From Bradymonadales bacterium (GTDB lineage: Bacteria; Bdellovibrionota; UBA2394), in assembly GCA_007693605.1 (NCBI GenBank), contig REDG01000057.1, positions 1-51,511 of the forward strand: a stretch of DNA of 51,511 bases, in the 5' to 3' direction. Below the pieces are notes generated by a model. That model was given only the letters and a program-made list of their open reading frames with translations. It searched no databases and had not been told where the DNA came from. Of this stretch, positions 21,101 to 29,938 are shown in pieces (the stretch's first letter is position 1; every line of letters starts with the position of its first letter). Made by a program: the position numbers and the translations under genes.

Positions 21101-23020
21101 CTACGAGGCGTTGGGAGGAATAACGAGCCGCTTGCCCGGCATGATTCGACTCTCAGACAAGTCGTTGGCCCGTTTGATTTGTTGAATGGTGGTTCCGTAG
21201 CGCTGCGAAATCATCCATAAATTCTCGCCGCGCCGAACAATGTGGATTTGCCTTTCGCCCTGCCTTTGAGAGCCGCCCGCTTGCCCGACTGCTGGAATCG
21301 TCAATCGTTGCCCAATTTGTAAGCGATCTCCGCGAAGCGAATTTGCTGATCGAATCTCGGGAATCGACACGCCGTATCGTCTGGAGATCATCCAAAGGTT
21401 CTCCCCCCGTCTCACGACATGAACTCGGGGCTCGCTGGCCGTTGCGGCCGCAACCGAAGCCCCAGGAATTCGCAGCTGTTGGCCCACTCGAATCTGATCG
21501 CCACGCAAAGAGTTGGCCGATCGAATCTGAGCCACGGTTACTTGGTATTGTTGAGAGATGGCCCATAAGGTGTCTCCGGGGCGCACCCGATGAACGACCG
21601 AAGTCCCCCCTGAAGCCGCCGATGGCGTCGCCGAACTAGATGCTACTGCGGCCTGAGAGCTTTGTACGGCCTGGCCCTGACCCGGAATTCGCAATCGCTG
21701 ACCGGGCCTAAGAGTGTCAGAACTCAATGAGTTTGCTGATCGTAGGGCCGGAATACTCACTCTAAAACTTCGAGAGATCCTCCAAAGATTGTCGCCCCGC
21801 CTCACCGTGTAAAAGCCACTGTTATCCGCGACTCGAACCGGACCGGCCACATGTCGGTGAACCGGAGGCGGAAGATTGACCCCATCTGGAATGGGCAACA
21901 AGAGGTTCTGCCCGACTTGAAGAGTTCGCGCAGAGCGAATATTATTCAGTCTCATGATCTCGCCAGCCGAAGTCTGATAGCGTTGAGCGATGGCTGAGAT
22001 CGTTTCGCCCCGTTGTACGCGATGACTCGCATATTGAAAAAATTCTGACGGTTCCATTTCATTCATCGCCATCACAAAAACCTCAGAACGATTGAGCGGA
22101 ATTCTCAACTCGTATTCTTTTACATCTGGCGGAGTCACCGGGTAATTGAGCTCAGGGTTCAAACGAAGTAGGTCTTCTAACGAATGTCCTGTTCGCTTTG
22201 CAAGGCTTTGCAAATTCACCGGACGCCTCACAACGAATTTGTCGTAAGCAAGTGGCTCTTGGTAATTGATATCGCTAAATCCATATTTCTCTAGATTTTT
22301 TGCAATAATGGTCGCCGCGAGCATTTTAGGAACATAGTTTCGAGTCTCTCGAGGGATGACTCGCGCCTCAGAAAGAGCCCAAAAGTTATCGACCTGCGCC
22401 CGTCGCATTCCCCTGGTGATTCGACCCGAGCCTGCATTGTAGGCGGCAAAGGCCAGATACCAGTCTTTAAACTGATTATGGAGATCTCGAAGATGGCGGG
22501 CTGCGGCTCTGGTGGCCTTCTCGGGGTCTCGCCGCTCATCCACCCAGAAATTCACTCGCAGACGATAGATCCGACCTGTTCCGACCATGAACTGCCAATG
22601 CCCTACCGCCCGCGCCCGTGAATAGGCCCTGGCGCTAAATCCGGACTCGATCATGGCAAGATAAACGAGATCTTCTGGCATGCCCTCTTCGCGCAGAATC
22701 TGCTGCATGAAAGGAATATAACGCCCCGATCGCTCCATCCAGATGCGATACCACTGTGCTCCTCGGCCCGTAAAATAATTGATCCACCTCTCAACTTCTT
22801 CGTTGTGAACTACGGGATAATCATATTGGGGTCTAGCGGATCGTGTTCGAGCTCTCTGCACTCGAGTTTGACCCGAAAGCCTTCGTTCAGAGTCCCAAGA
22901 GCCTTGAGACGATGGTGTCGTCTCTAAGGCTTCTTTCTTGCTCGCGCAGGAAGAAAGCAAAAAACTAAGACCTAACACAAAAAAACTGGGAATCACCCCA
23001 CGACGAAAACTTGCCACCAC
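21101..23020 (-). CDS. mltD: MltD-like lytic transglycosylase lipoprotein (SLT domain plus multiple LysM)
   Basis: Lipobox [38 protein letters not shown]; five clear LysM repeats. Confidence 0.92.
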   Translation of the reverse strand: MVASFRRGVIPSFFVLGLSFLLSSCASKKEALETTPSSQGSWDSERRLSGQTRVQRARTRSARPQYDYPVVHNEEVERWINYFTGRGAQWYRIWMERSGRYIPFMQQILREEGMPEDLVYLAMIESGFSARAYSRARAVGHWQFMVGTGRIYRLRVNFWVDERRDPEKATRAAARHLRDLHNQFKDWYLAFAAYNAGSGRITRGMRRAQVDNFWALSEARVIPRETRNYVPKMLAATIIAKNLEKYGFSDINYQEPLAYDKFVVRRPVNLQSLAKRTGHSLEDLLRLNPELNYPVTPPDVKEYELRIPLNRSEVFVMAMNEMEPSEFFQYASHRVQRGETISAIAQRYQTSAGEIMRLNNIRSARTLQVGQNLLLPIPDGVNLPPPVHRHVAGPVRVADNSGFYTVRRGDNLWRISRSFRVSIPALRSANSLSSDTLRPGQRLRIPGQGQAVQSSQAAVASSSATPSAASGGTSVVHRVRPGDTLWAISQQYQVTVAQIRSANSLRGDQIRVGQQLRIPGASVAAATASEPRVHVVRRGENLWMISRRYGVSIPEIRSANSLRGDRLQIGQRLTIPAVGQAGGSQRQGERQIHIVRRGENLWMISQRYGTTIQQIKRANDLSESRIMPGKRLVIPPNAS

Positions 23021-23026
23021 CTGAAT

Positions 23027-23055
23027 ATTCTATGTTTTCGCGTATCTGCGGTCAA
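23027..23055 (-). promoter_or_regulatory. Sigma70-type promoter of mltD (leaderless geometry)
   Basis: TTGACC-17-TAGAAT, 6 nt before the GTG start. Confidence 0.7.
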
Positions 23056-23760
23056 TCATTGCGCGAGCGATGCTCTGCATAAGAACGCACTCGCCGCCAC
23101 CACGCAGGCGGTATGAACGCGCATGACCGGCGCCTTCAAGTGAATCGGTCGAAACTGAGAAGAGCGAAGCGCCTTTCGCTCTGCATCAGTCCAGCCGCCT
23201 TCACAGCCTACAACGACCAAACTCCCTGCCGAGCCGGAAGACTTCTGAAAGAAATCGAGATCAAGAAAGGCCTCTGTATCTCTCTTTTCATCAAGATAAA
23301 AGGCTTCTTGAGCCTTCTGCTTCAAAAGACTTTCGAAGGAAACGACCTCCACAGACAAAGGCCGAGAACGACCACACTGTCGAGCGGACTCAATGGCCCA
23401 ACGATCCCACTTTGCAAGGCCGCTTATTCTTGACTTTGGAGCCTGACTTCGCTCTCCCGCAAAGACTTTCAAGTCTCGGATGCCAAGCTCTGAAAGTGAA
23501 AAGATAAGCTCTCGAAGAACCTTGCTGTCTGGAAGGGCCACCGCGAGGCTGAGCGGCAACGCCGAATCGGAGTCTTGGATCACCTCTTGAACGAAGAAGA
23601 CGCCAGATTTAAGGCTTCCCTTGGCCCTTTGACCGCGCCGGTTGAATAGTTCCACCACGCCCTGCGCTCGGCGAACACGCCGAAAGTAGTGCAGCTCTTC
23701 GGAGGCGAGCTTCACCCCTTGACCTGGCTCAAAATCTTGATCGGCAAACAATCGGAGCAC
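23056..23760 (-). CDS. rsmE: 16S rRNA m3U1498 methyltransferase
   Basis: HYFRRVRR, SELGI, ESARQCGR, VGCEGGWT..E, VMRVHTA. Confidence 0.85.
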   Translation of the reverse strand: MLRLFADQDFEPGQGVKLASEELHYFRRVRRAQGVVELFNRRGQRAKGSLKSGVFFVQEVIQDSDSALPLSLAVALPDSKVLRELIFSLSELGIRDLKVFAGERSQAPKSRISGLAKWDRWAIESARQCGRSRPLSVEVVSFESLLKQKAQEAFYLDEKRDTEAFLDLDFFQKSSGSAGSLVVVGCEGGWTDAERKALRSSQFRPIHLKAPVMRVHTACVVAASAFLCRASLAQ

Positions 23761-23822
23761 GATTGCCTTTTAACCCGACAGAGCGAGTTTGGGAAGAGCC
23801 AGCCGTACTCCCTGAAAACCAG

Positions 23823-24161
23823 AACCAAAGCCACCAAAGCAGATGGGCCCCGTCGAGAAGATGGCGGTGATAGGCGCCTCACTGCCTATGGAATTGAGCA
23901 TGAGCTTTGGGAGACAGCCGATGGGGCTCTCCGAGCGTCTGGGTCGGCAGACGAAGTAAAAAATTTTTGGCGCGAGGCTGGATCGTGATGAGTGAAACGA
24001 TCCAGCTATCCTTAGAGTGAGATATCCAGGTGAGCGGGCCCTGGATGTTATCGAAGCTGTTTGGAATTCTAGGCGGTCCCCAGCGGATGCTTCCAAAGCT
24101 CATGCTAAACTCTGGGATCAAGGAACCAATTTGAAACCGAAGCCACCAAAGCAGATGGGCC
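23823..24161 (-). repeat. Long structured repeat unit B (inverted relative to A), with a 55-nt insertion
   Basis: Colinear with unit A; bounded by a perfect 22-nt direct repeat AAGCCACCAAAGCAGATGGGCC (23828-23849, 24140-24161); partial end motif GGAGTGTCGCTAA at 24201-24213. Confidence 0.9.
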
Positions 24162-24223
24162 ATTGGCGCTTAATCGGGACTGACGCTAGACTTGCGCTTT
24201 GGAGTGTCGCTAAGCTCTAAGCT

Positions 24224-25894
24224 GTGAATTTAATTCGAGAGCTTCACCACTCGAAAGACCTTTTTATTGTGCCCCTGGGGGGTCTTGGCGAGATTGGGAT
24301 GAATATGATGGCCTTTGTGTATCAGGGGGAAGCCTTGGTGCTCGATTGTGGGGCCTCGTTTCCTGAGAACAATCAATTGGGTGTAGACATTGTCGTCCCA
24401 AAAATTGACTTCTTTAAGGAGTACGATTTGGATCTGAAGGCTGTGGTTATTACCCATGGGCATGAAGATCATATTGGAGGTCTGGCGCATGTTTATGACC
24501 GGCTGGGCCGACCCAAAGTCTTTAGTACAGAGTTTGGCTTTGGAATGTTGGAGCAAAGGCTTCAGGAGTTTTCGTCTTTTGAAAAGTCCAGACTCCAGCT
24601 CTACTCGGCGGGCAAAGCCTTCGGCGTGGGGCCCTTTGAGCTGGAGGCCGTTCAGGTTACGCATAGTCTGGTGGATTGTTATGGCTTTGCGATAAAGACT
24701 CCGGTCGGAACTCTCGCCCATACTGGCGACTTCAAGATTGATCGGGAGCCCGTGGATGGCATTCACATCAATGAGGATCGTTTCAAGAAGCTGGGCGATG
24801 AGGGCGTCCTTCTGATGATGTCAGACTCCACCAATGTGGAGGGCAGCGGCTGGAACCACACCGAAAAAGATGTCAGAGAGAGTTTGGAAAAGCTTATAGG
24901 AAAGATCAAGACCGGAAAAATCATTGTCACTCTCTTTTCATCGAACATTCATCGCGTAGACTCGTTGATGAAAGTCGCGCATCAGACCGGCCGGAAGCTG
25001 GCTTTGGCCGGAAGATCGGTCGGATTCAACACCGACCTGGCTGCTCGACTGGGCTTCCTGAACATCCCAAAGGATCTTTTGATAGACAGTCGAGCCGTAG
25101 AGGATTTGCCCCCCGAAAAGGTGATGGTGTTGTGTACCGGAACTCAAGCAGAGCCTCGGTCGGCTCTCACCAAAATGAGCTTGAACCATCACCCCGATAT
25201 CAACATTCATCGAGGCGACACGGTCATTTTTTCTTCGAGACATATTCCCGGAAATGAACGCCGAATCTCACAGTTGATGAATAATCTGCATCGACTGGGA
25301 GCTTTTGTGATCGACTCACGAGAAGAACTCGTTCACTGCTCGGGCCATGCTCGAAGAGAAGAGTTAGAGCATATTCAAAAACTGGTGAGGCCGAAGTTCT
25401 TTTTGCCTGTTCACGGAGAGTACCGAATGCTTGTGAAGCATTTCGAGTTGGCCAAGGCCATTCGCCCAGAGACTCTAGGTCTGGTGGCCGAGAACGGAGA
25501 CCTTCTTCGATTGACCCCCACCAGCTTTGAGCGCTTCGGAAAGGTCGATCATGGCAAAGAGTTTCTAGATGAAAACAGAAACCGATTGAACGAACGGCTG
25601 ATTAAAGATCGGAAACGAGTGGCTTCGAGTGGGCTTCTGATTGTTCACCTTATCATCAGAGAGAAGGACCTCAAGATTTTAGAGGGCCCCGACTTCACCA
25701 GTTCGGGCCTACCAGACGAGGTCGACTGGATCGCCCTCGAAGACGAGATTTTAAGGAGTTTTGAGGACTTTTCGAAGGCCAAAAGATTCGACCTGGATGC
25801 CTTTGAAGATGATGCCTGCGTGATCGCCAGGCGGGCCTTTAGAAAGGCGCTAGGAATGAAACCTCAAGTGTTTTCAAGTATTTATATGGTTTAG
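24224..25894 (+). CDS. rnj: Ribonuclease J
   Basis: PLGGLGEIGMN, THGHEDHIG, HTGDFKID, SDSTN, IPGNE, HCSGH, PVHGEYR. Confidence 0.96.
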   Translation: MNLIRELHHSKDLFIVPLGGLGEIGMNMMAFVYQGEALVLDCGASFPENNQLGVDIVVPKIDFFKEYDLDLKAVVITHGHEDHIGGLAHVYDRLGRPKVFSTEFGFGMLEQRLQEFSSFEKSRLQLYSAGKAFGVGPFELEAVQVTHSLVDCYGFAIKTPVGTLAHTGDFKIDREPVDGIHINEDRFKKLGDEGVLLMMSDSTNVEGSGWNHTEKDVRESLEKLIGKIKTGKIIVTLFSSNIHRVDSLMKVAHQTGRKLALAGRSVGFNTDLAARLGFLNIPKDLLIDSRAVEDLPPEKVMVLCTGTQAEPRSALTKMSLNHHPDINIHRGDTVIFSSRHIPGNERRISQLMNNLHRLGAFVIDSREELVHCSGHARREELEHIQKLVRPKFFLPVHGEYRMLVKHFELAKAIRPETLGLVAENGDLLRLTPTSFERFGKVDHGKEFLDENRNRLNERLIKDRKRVASSGLLIVHLIIREKDLKILEGPDFTSSGLPDEVDWIALEDEILRSFEDFSKAKRFDLDAFEDDACVIARRAFRKALGMKPQVFSSIYMV

Positions 25895-26031
25895 GGCCTT
25901 AGCCCCTGCCCCCGAAATCTCTCTTAGGCAAATCTTTAAAAAATATTGATTTTTCTTTTTGACAAGGCGCGGCATCCGACCTAGAAGCGAAGTCACAAGT
26001 TAACTAAGTTTGGGTCCAGCGCCAAAAGATC

Positions 26032-28113
26032 TCAATCCCCTCCCCTCCGATTTCTCAAACGCTGGGCCCATTTTTTTTGCCTAAAACCGGCAGTTCTCAA
26101 GCCAATCAAGGCCCAGAAAAAAACTAGAAACGAAAAAATCGATCCGCCCGTTAGGCTGGTAGCCATCAGCCGACAGGAATTCGTTCCCCCAAAGGCTTGT
26201 TCGAGTGACCTTGTTTTTAATGGCGTGGCCCCAAGCGCGGGAGGATCGTCTGAACTGAATTGAAGACTCTCGTCTACCACCTGCACACGAGCATAGTAGG
26301 TCTGAGAGTTGAAGGCGGGTGAGAAGCGAATGCTTCCAGTCCAAAACTTGAAATCGATGCGCACCGGCGACTGAATGCGAGACCCATCTTGCAAGACAAT
26401 CTCCCTTTCAAAGGCTGGCACTTCGTCCTCGCTACTAGGAAGACTCGCCAAATCTTCTTCACTCTCTGAAAGATGAAGATAAAAGTGCGACAAATCCCCT
26501 GGAGCTTCTTGTACTTGAAAGAAGACGCTGAAACTCTGATCCCCAAAGCCTGTACGAAAATTGATCACAGGCTTCGGAGGAGGATCGAAGACAAAACTCA
26601 CCGCCTCTCTACCTGAAACAACACCACCGGGATTCTCTCTCGCAAAGACCACAAGCTCGTGCCTACGATTTAATTTTACACCCAGGCTGGAAGTTGAGAT
26701 CTCGAAGACTTGATCTGCCTCAGAAGAATCCGGAGACAGATTCCGCATTAAAAAAGAAGAGCCCCAACTGTCTGAGGGAGTGGTGAAGCCCCCTTCTAGC
26801 GACTCCTCTTGAAAACGAAGATCCACCACAGCGGGCCGATCCACCTGAGCTCGAAATCGAATCCAAGGCGGCTCATAACTGAACTCAGTTAGATTGAGAA
26901 CGCTCCCCCGAGAGAAGCGGCCCAATCCGGTAGCATCCATAAGAGCGTAGGCGTAGCCCCCACTCACCCCCACCCAGCGGGGCATCAACCGATTCGGGCT
27001 CAACGAAAAACTAGCGGACGGGTTCTCTAGATCGGCCGTCGCCAAAGCGGTGTCTGCCACACTGTAAAGCTCAATCGGAGCCGACCCATTATCTGGGTCT
27101 TGCCTGAACAAGAGACTGCGAATGCTATTGGATTCTTCAATGCTTCCGAGCATGAGAATACGATCAGAATCAAAAGACCTCGTTCGAGCGACAGAGAAAT
27201 TCGAGAAATTCAATTCCACTACCCGACTAATGGGACCCGTTGTGACATCCGCCCTTCTCTCGAAGTTCAAAAGAAAGCTCGTCCCTCTGACAGAGCGAAT
27301 AATATTTCTCAAATCAAAATCTTCGTAGCTGCTTCCCAAAAACAAGGGACTACTGGCTTGAGCCAGGCTCGTGGAGTTTCTGAGATAGAGAACGATCTCC
27401 CCTTTAGTATCTTCTCGCTCATCTTCTGCAAGAATCAAAACTCGCTCTTCATTGCACAACAAGCCAATGGGTAAAAAATCTTCGGCCTGCCCTGAACCCA
27501 CAATCGCCTCCCAAAACACGGGCGAGCCCCCCACTTCTGAACTGCCTTGAATGACTCGAAGCCGGGTGTCGATCAAGTCGTCACCAATTTCAAGTAGGGC
27601 ATAGCGATTGTCGTTAATCTGACAACTGGCCAAAAGTTCTTTAGGCCGAGAAGAATCCTCTACAATCTCAAAATCGGACATTTTCTCAAGATCGAAGGCC
27701 GAGTTGAGTCGGTAGAAAGCCAACTCGCGAGTGGTGGCCACAACCAGTCGATTGTTTTGCTCAGACCAGAAGAGCCCGCGAACAAAGCCCAACGAAGACT
27801 GTTGAAAGAACCTCTTTCCACTCAAAACATCGAGAACAAAGAAGGAGCTGGAGTTCGCCCCGGCCAAGAAAACATAACGCCCCGAGGGGTGAATCGCAAG
27901 ATGCCGAAAGTCTTGAAGCGCAAGGTTCAGACCTGAACCCGCCTCTTGGATGAGATTCGTGCCGTCTTCGCTCAGAAAGTCGGCCACCCGAAAGCTCTCC
28001 CCAAATTTGCCGTGATACTCGAAGGCCTGAGCTTCAAGCCCGCTTGGCCAGCTCCCCTTTACGACGAGAGCAAAAAGACTGACGAAGACAAAGCTCCAGA
28101 ATTTGAATGGCAT
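26032..28113 (-). CDS. Surface protein: beta-propeller-like N-half, FN3-like domain, C-terminal sorting-signal-like tail
   Basis: 693 aa; signal peptide; DPPPKPV..F..GFGDQSF.V.F; tail GGTNSC, hydrophobic helix, RQKK. Confidence 0.65.
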   Translation of the reverse strand: MPFKFWSFVFVSLFALVVKGSWPSGLEAQAFEYHGKFGESFRVADFLSEDGTNLIQEAGSGLNLALQDFRHLAIHPSGRYVFLAGANSSSFFVLDVLSGKRFFQQSSLGFVRGLFWSEQNNRLVVATTRELAFYRLNSAFDLEKMSDFEIVEDSSRPKELLASCQINDNRYALLEIGDDLIDTRLRVIQGSSEVGGSPVFWEAIVGSGQAEDFLPIGLLCNEERVLILAEDEREDTKGEIVLYLRNSTSLAQASSPLFLGSSYEDFDLRNIIRSVRGTSFLLNFERRADVTTGPISRVVELNFSNFSVARTRSFDSDRILMLGSIEESNSIRSLLFRQDPDNGSAPIELYSVADTALATADLENPSASFSLSPNRLMPRWVGVSGGYAYALMDATGLGRFSRGSVLNLTEFSYEPPWIRFRAQVDRPAVVDLRFQEESLEGGFTTPSDSWGSSFLMRNLSPDSSEADQVFEISTSSLGVKLNRRHELVVFARENPGGVVSGREAVSFVFDPPPKPVINFRTGFGDQSFSVFFQVQEAPGDLSHFYLHLSESEEDLASLPSSEDEVPAFEREIVLQDGSRIQSPVRIDFKFWTGSIRFSPAFNSQTYYARVQVVDESLQFSSDDPPALGATPLKTRSLEQAFGGTNSCRLMATSLTGGSIFSFLVFFWALIGLRTAGFRQKKWAQRLRNRRGGD

Positions 28114-29098
28114 TGGTCGCAGCTCCCTTTCTTAAGTTATCGGCCACAGCCCAAATGGCAAGACCGTTCTCGACCGACGGATCTAGTCGAATCCTGCCTA
28201 CAAAGACCTCATCTCGGCCAGCCACATCAAAGGGAGTCGGGTAATGCCGTTCATTCGGATCATCCCAAACTTCTAGACCGGGCGCTTTACGGAGCAGCTC
28301 TCTGGCCTCTTCGACCGAAACGGGTCTAGCAAACTCCAGATTGAGAGACTCAGCATGTGAGATAAATGTGGGAACCCTGACGGCGGTCGCCACCATTCGA
28401 AGGTCGGGTCGGCCCAGAATCTTTCTCGACTCCTCGACCATCTTCAATTCTTCTCTTGTCGAGCCATCCTCTAAAAACAGATCGATCTGGGGAATGCAGT
28501 TGAAAGCAATCTGCTTGCTAAACTCTTTAATCAGAGGGGGTTGCCCTGCCAAGAGTTGCCCCACCTGGGTTTGCATTTCATCCATGGCTTCTTGGCCGGC
28601 GCCTGAAACAGACTGGTAGGTGGAAACCACCACCCGCTGAAGCCCAAATGCATCATCCAAGGGCTTCAAAACACAAAGCATCTGAATCGTCGAGCAGTTG
28701 GGGTTCGAGATGATCCCTCCCTCTCGCGCCATCTCGAGAGAGTCTGGGTTAATCTCTGGCACAATCAAAGGAACTTGGGGCTGCATTCGAAAGTGACTTG
28801 AGTTGTCGATCACCAGAGCGCCAGAGGCCGCCGCTTGAGGCGCGTACTCAGCCGCGATGCCCGCCGAGCATGCAAAGAGAACAAAATCAAAAGACTCCGT
28901 CTCAAAAACCTCCGGCCCCAACAGCTCCACCTCAAGCTCTTCGTCTCGAAAAGAAAGCTTTTGGCCCAAACTTCTTTCTGAAGCAAACAAGCGAGGCCGA
29001 CTCAGGGGCAGATTTCTCTCTTCGAGCACTTTGAGCATCTCGCGCCCGACCAAGCCCGAAGCGCCCACAATTGCGAGTTTAAGATTTTGGTTTCTCAT
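28034..29098 (-). CDS. asd: Aspartate-semialdehyde dehydrogenase
   Basis: VGASGLVG, IDNSSHFRM, VPEIN, NPNCST, STYQSVSGAG, VRVP...H, DNLRKGAATN. Confidence 0.97.
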   Translation of the reverse strand: MRNQNLKLAIVGASGLVGREMLKVLEERNLPLSRPRLFASERSLGQKLSFRDEELEVELLGPEVFETESFDFVLFACSAGIAAEYAPQAAASGALVIDNSSHFRMQPQVPLIVPEINPDSLEMAREGGIISNPNCSTIQMLCVLKPLDDAFGLQRVVVSTYQSVSGAGQEAMDEMQTQVGQLLAGQPPLIKEFSKQIAFNCIPQIDLFLEDGSTREELKMVEESRKILGRPDLRMVATAVRVPTFISHAESLNLEFARPVSVEEARELLRKAPGLEVWDDPNERHYPTPFDVAGRDEVFVGRIRLDPSVENGLAIWAVADNLRKGAATNAIQILELCLRQSFCSRRKGELAKRA

Positions 29099-29168
29099 TT
29101 CGACTTCCTCAGAGTAACCTAAGAGGGATACAAAGATTGGGCAAGACAGACAAGGATAGAGATTTAAG

Positions 29169-29924
29169 ATGTTGAAAGTATTTATATTTTTAATGCTCCT
29201 TCTGGGCTTTTCTGTCGATTCGTCCGAGGCCTCTGGGCCCTCAGAGGACCTGCTTCAGCTTCGAAGGGGCCAGACGGATTTTTCAAGCTATGCTCAAGCC
29301 TACGGGGATGCCGTTTACTTTTCTGGCCTTCGGGCCCCGACCACATCAAAGCTACCAGGGCCGTGGCGCTTTTCAGCGCAAGCAGGAGCCTCCGTCTTTG
29401 ATGTGAATGATCCTGTTTTGATCGATATTTCTCCTCCAGGCGATGATGACCTGCGAAGAGTGAGTGACGGCTATAAGAGTGTCTCGGCTAAATTTGGAAT
29501 GAGCTTTCCTTTAGGCTTTCAACTCGATCTCGGCGTTTCACATGTGCTCACACAAATCTCCTCGACCAGCCTTCAGGCGCATCTAAACTTTCAGGCCTTT
29601 GACTTTGCCAATGTGGTATACACCGACATGGTGCCAAGCATTTCTTTCTCGACAAGCTTCCTCTACAACTTGGCCGGTGCAAACACCTACGGCCTCAGCG
29701 CACAAATGTTGTTGGGAAGCTACCATCGCAATTGGCTCGCTCAGGTGAATTATATTTTGCAGCTGTCTCGAATTAGCCTGACGGGTGTCTCTCCGAACTA
29801 CTCCTATTTCAGGCTGCGACACGGGCTCTCATCCACATGGCCGCTCTACGAGGGCTTGAGTTTGACAAGCCTTCTCTTCTTTCCCCGAGTCGAGGCGGGG
29901 GTCTCTCTCGGGTATTTGTTTTAG
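29169..29924 (+). CDS. Putative outer-membrane beta-barrel protein
   Basis: Signal peptide; amphipathic strands; C-terminal GVSLGYLF. Confidence 0.6.
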   Translation: MLKVFIFLMLLLGFSVDSSEASGPSEDLLQLRRGQTDFSSYAQAYGDAVYFSGLRAPTTSKLPGPWRFSAQAGASVFDVNDPVLIDISPPGDDDLRRVSDGYKSVSAKFGMSFPLGFQLDLGVSHVLTQISSTSLQAHLNFQAFDFANVVYTDMVPSISFSTSFLYNLAGANTYGLSAQMLLGSYHRNWLAQVNYILQLSRISLTGVSPNYSYFRLRHGLSSTWPLYEGLSLTSLLFFPRVEAGVSLGYLF

Positions 29925-29938
29925 AAACTCCTGAAGCT

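Noticed and set aside
20817..21185. ORFs in the repeat units (MSFGSIRWGPPRIP...; also 23770-24096, 23879-24163, 24017-24220)
   Set aside because: Their similarity is explained by the DNA repeat; the frame is broken by the B insertion, and I recognise no protein family.
21101..22030. Internal DNA repeats in the mltD 3' half
   Set aside because: Explained by tandem LysM domains.
23977..24006. Hammerhead-like TGATGAG-T-GAAAC in the unit B insertion
   Set aside because: It has G rather than the C of CUGAUGA, no stem II, and the flanks pair with each other as one hairpin, so no three-way junction can form.
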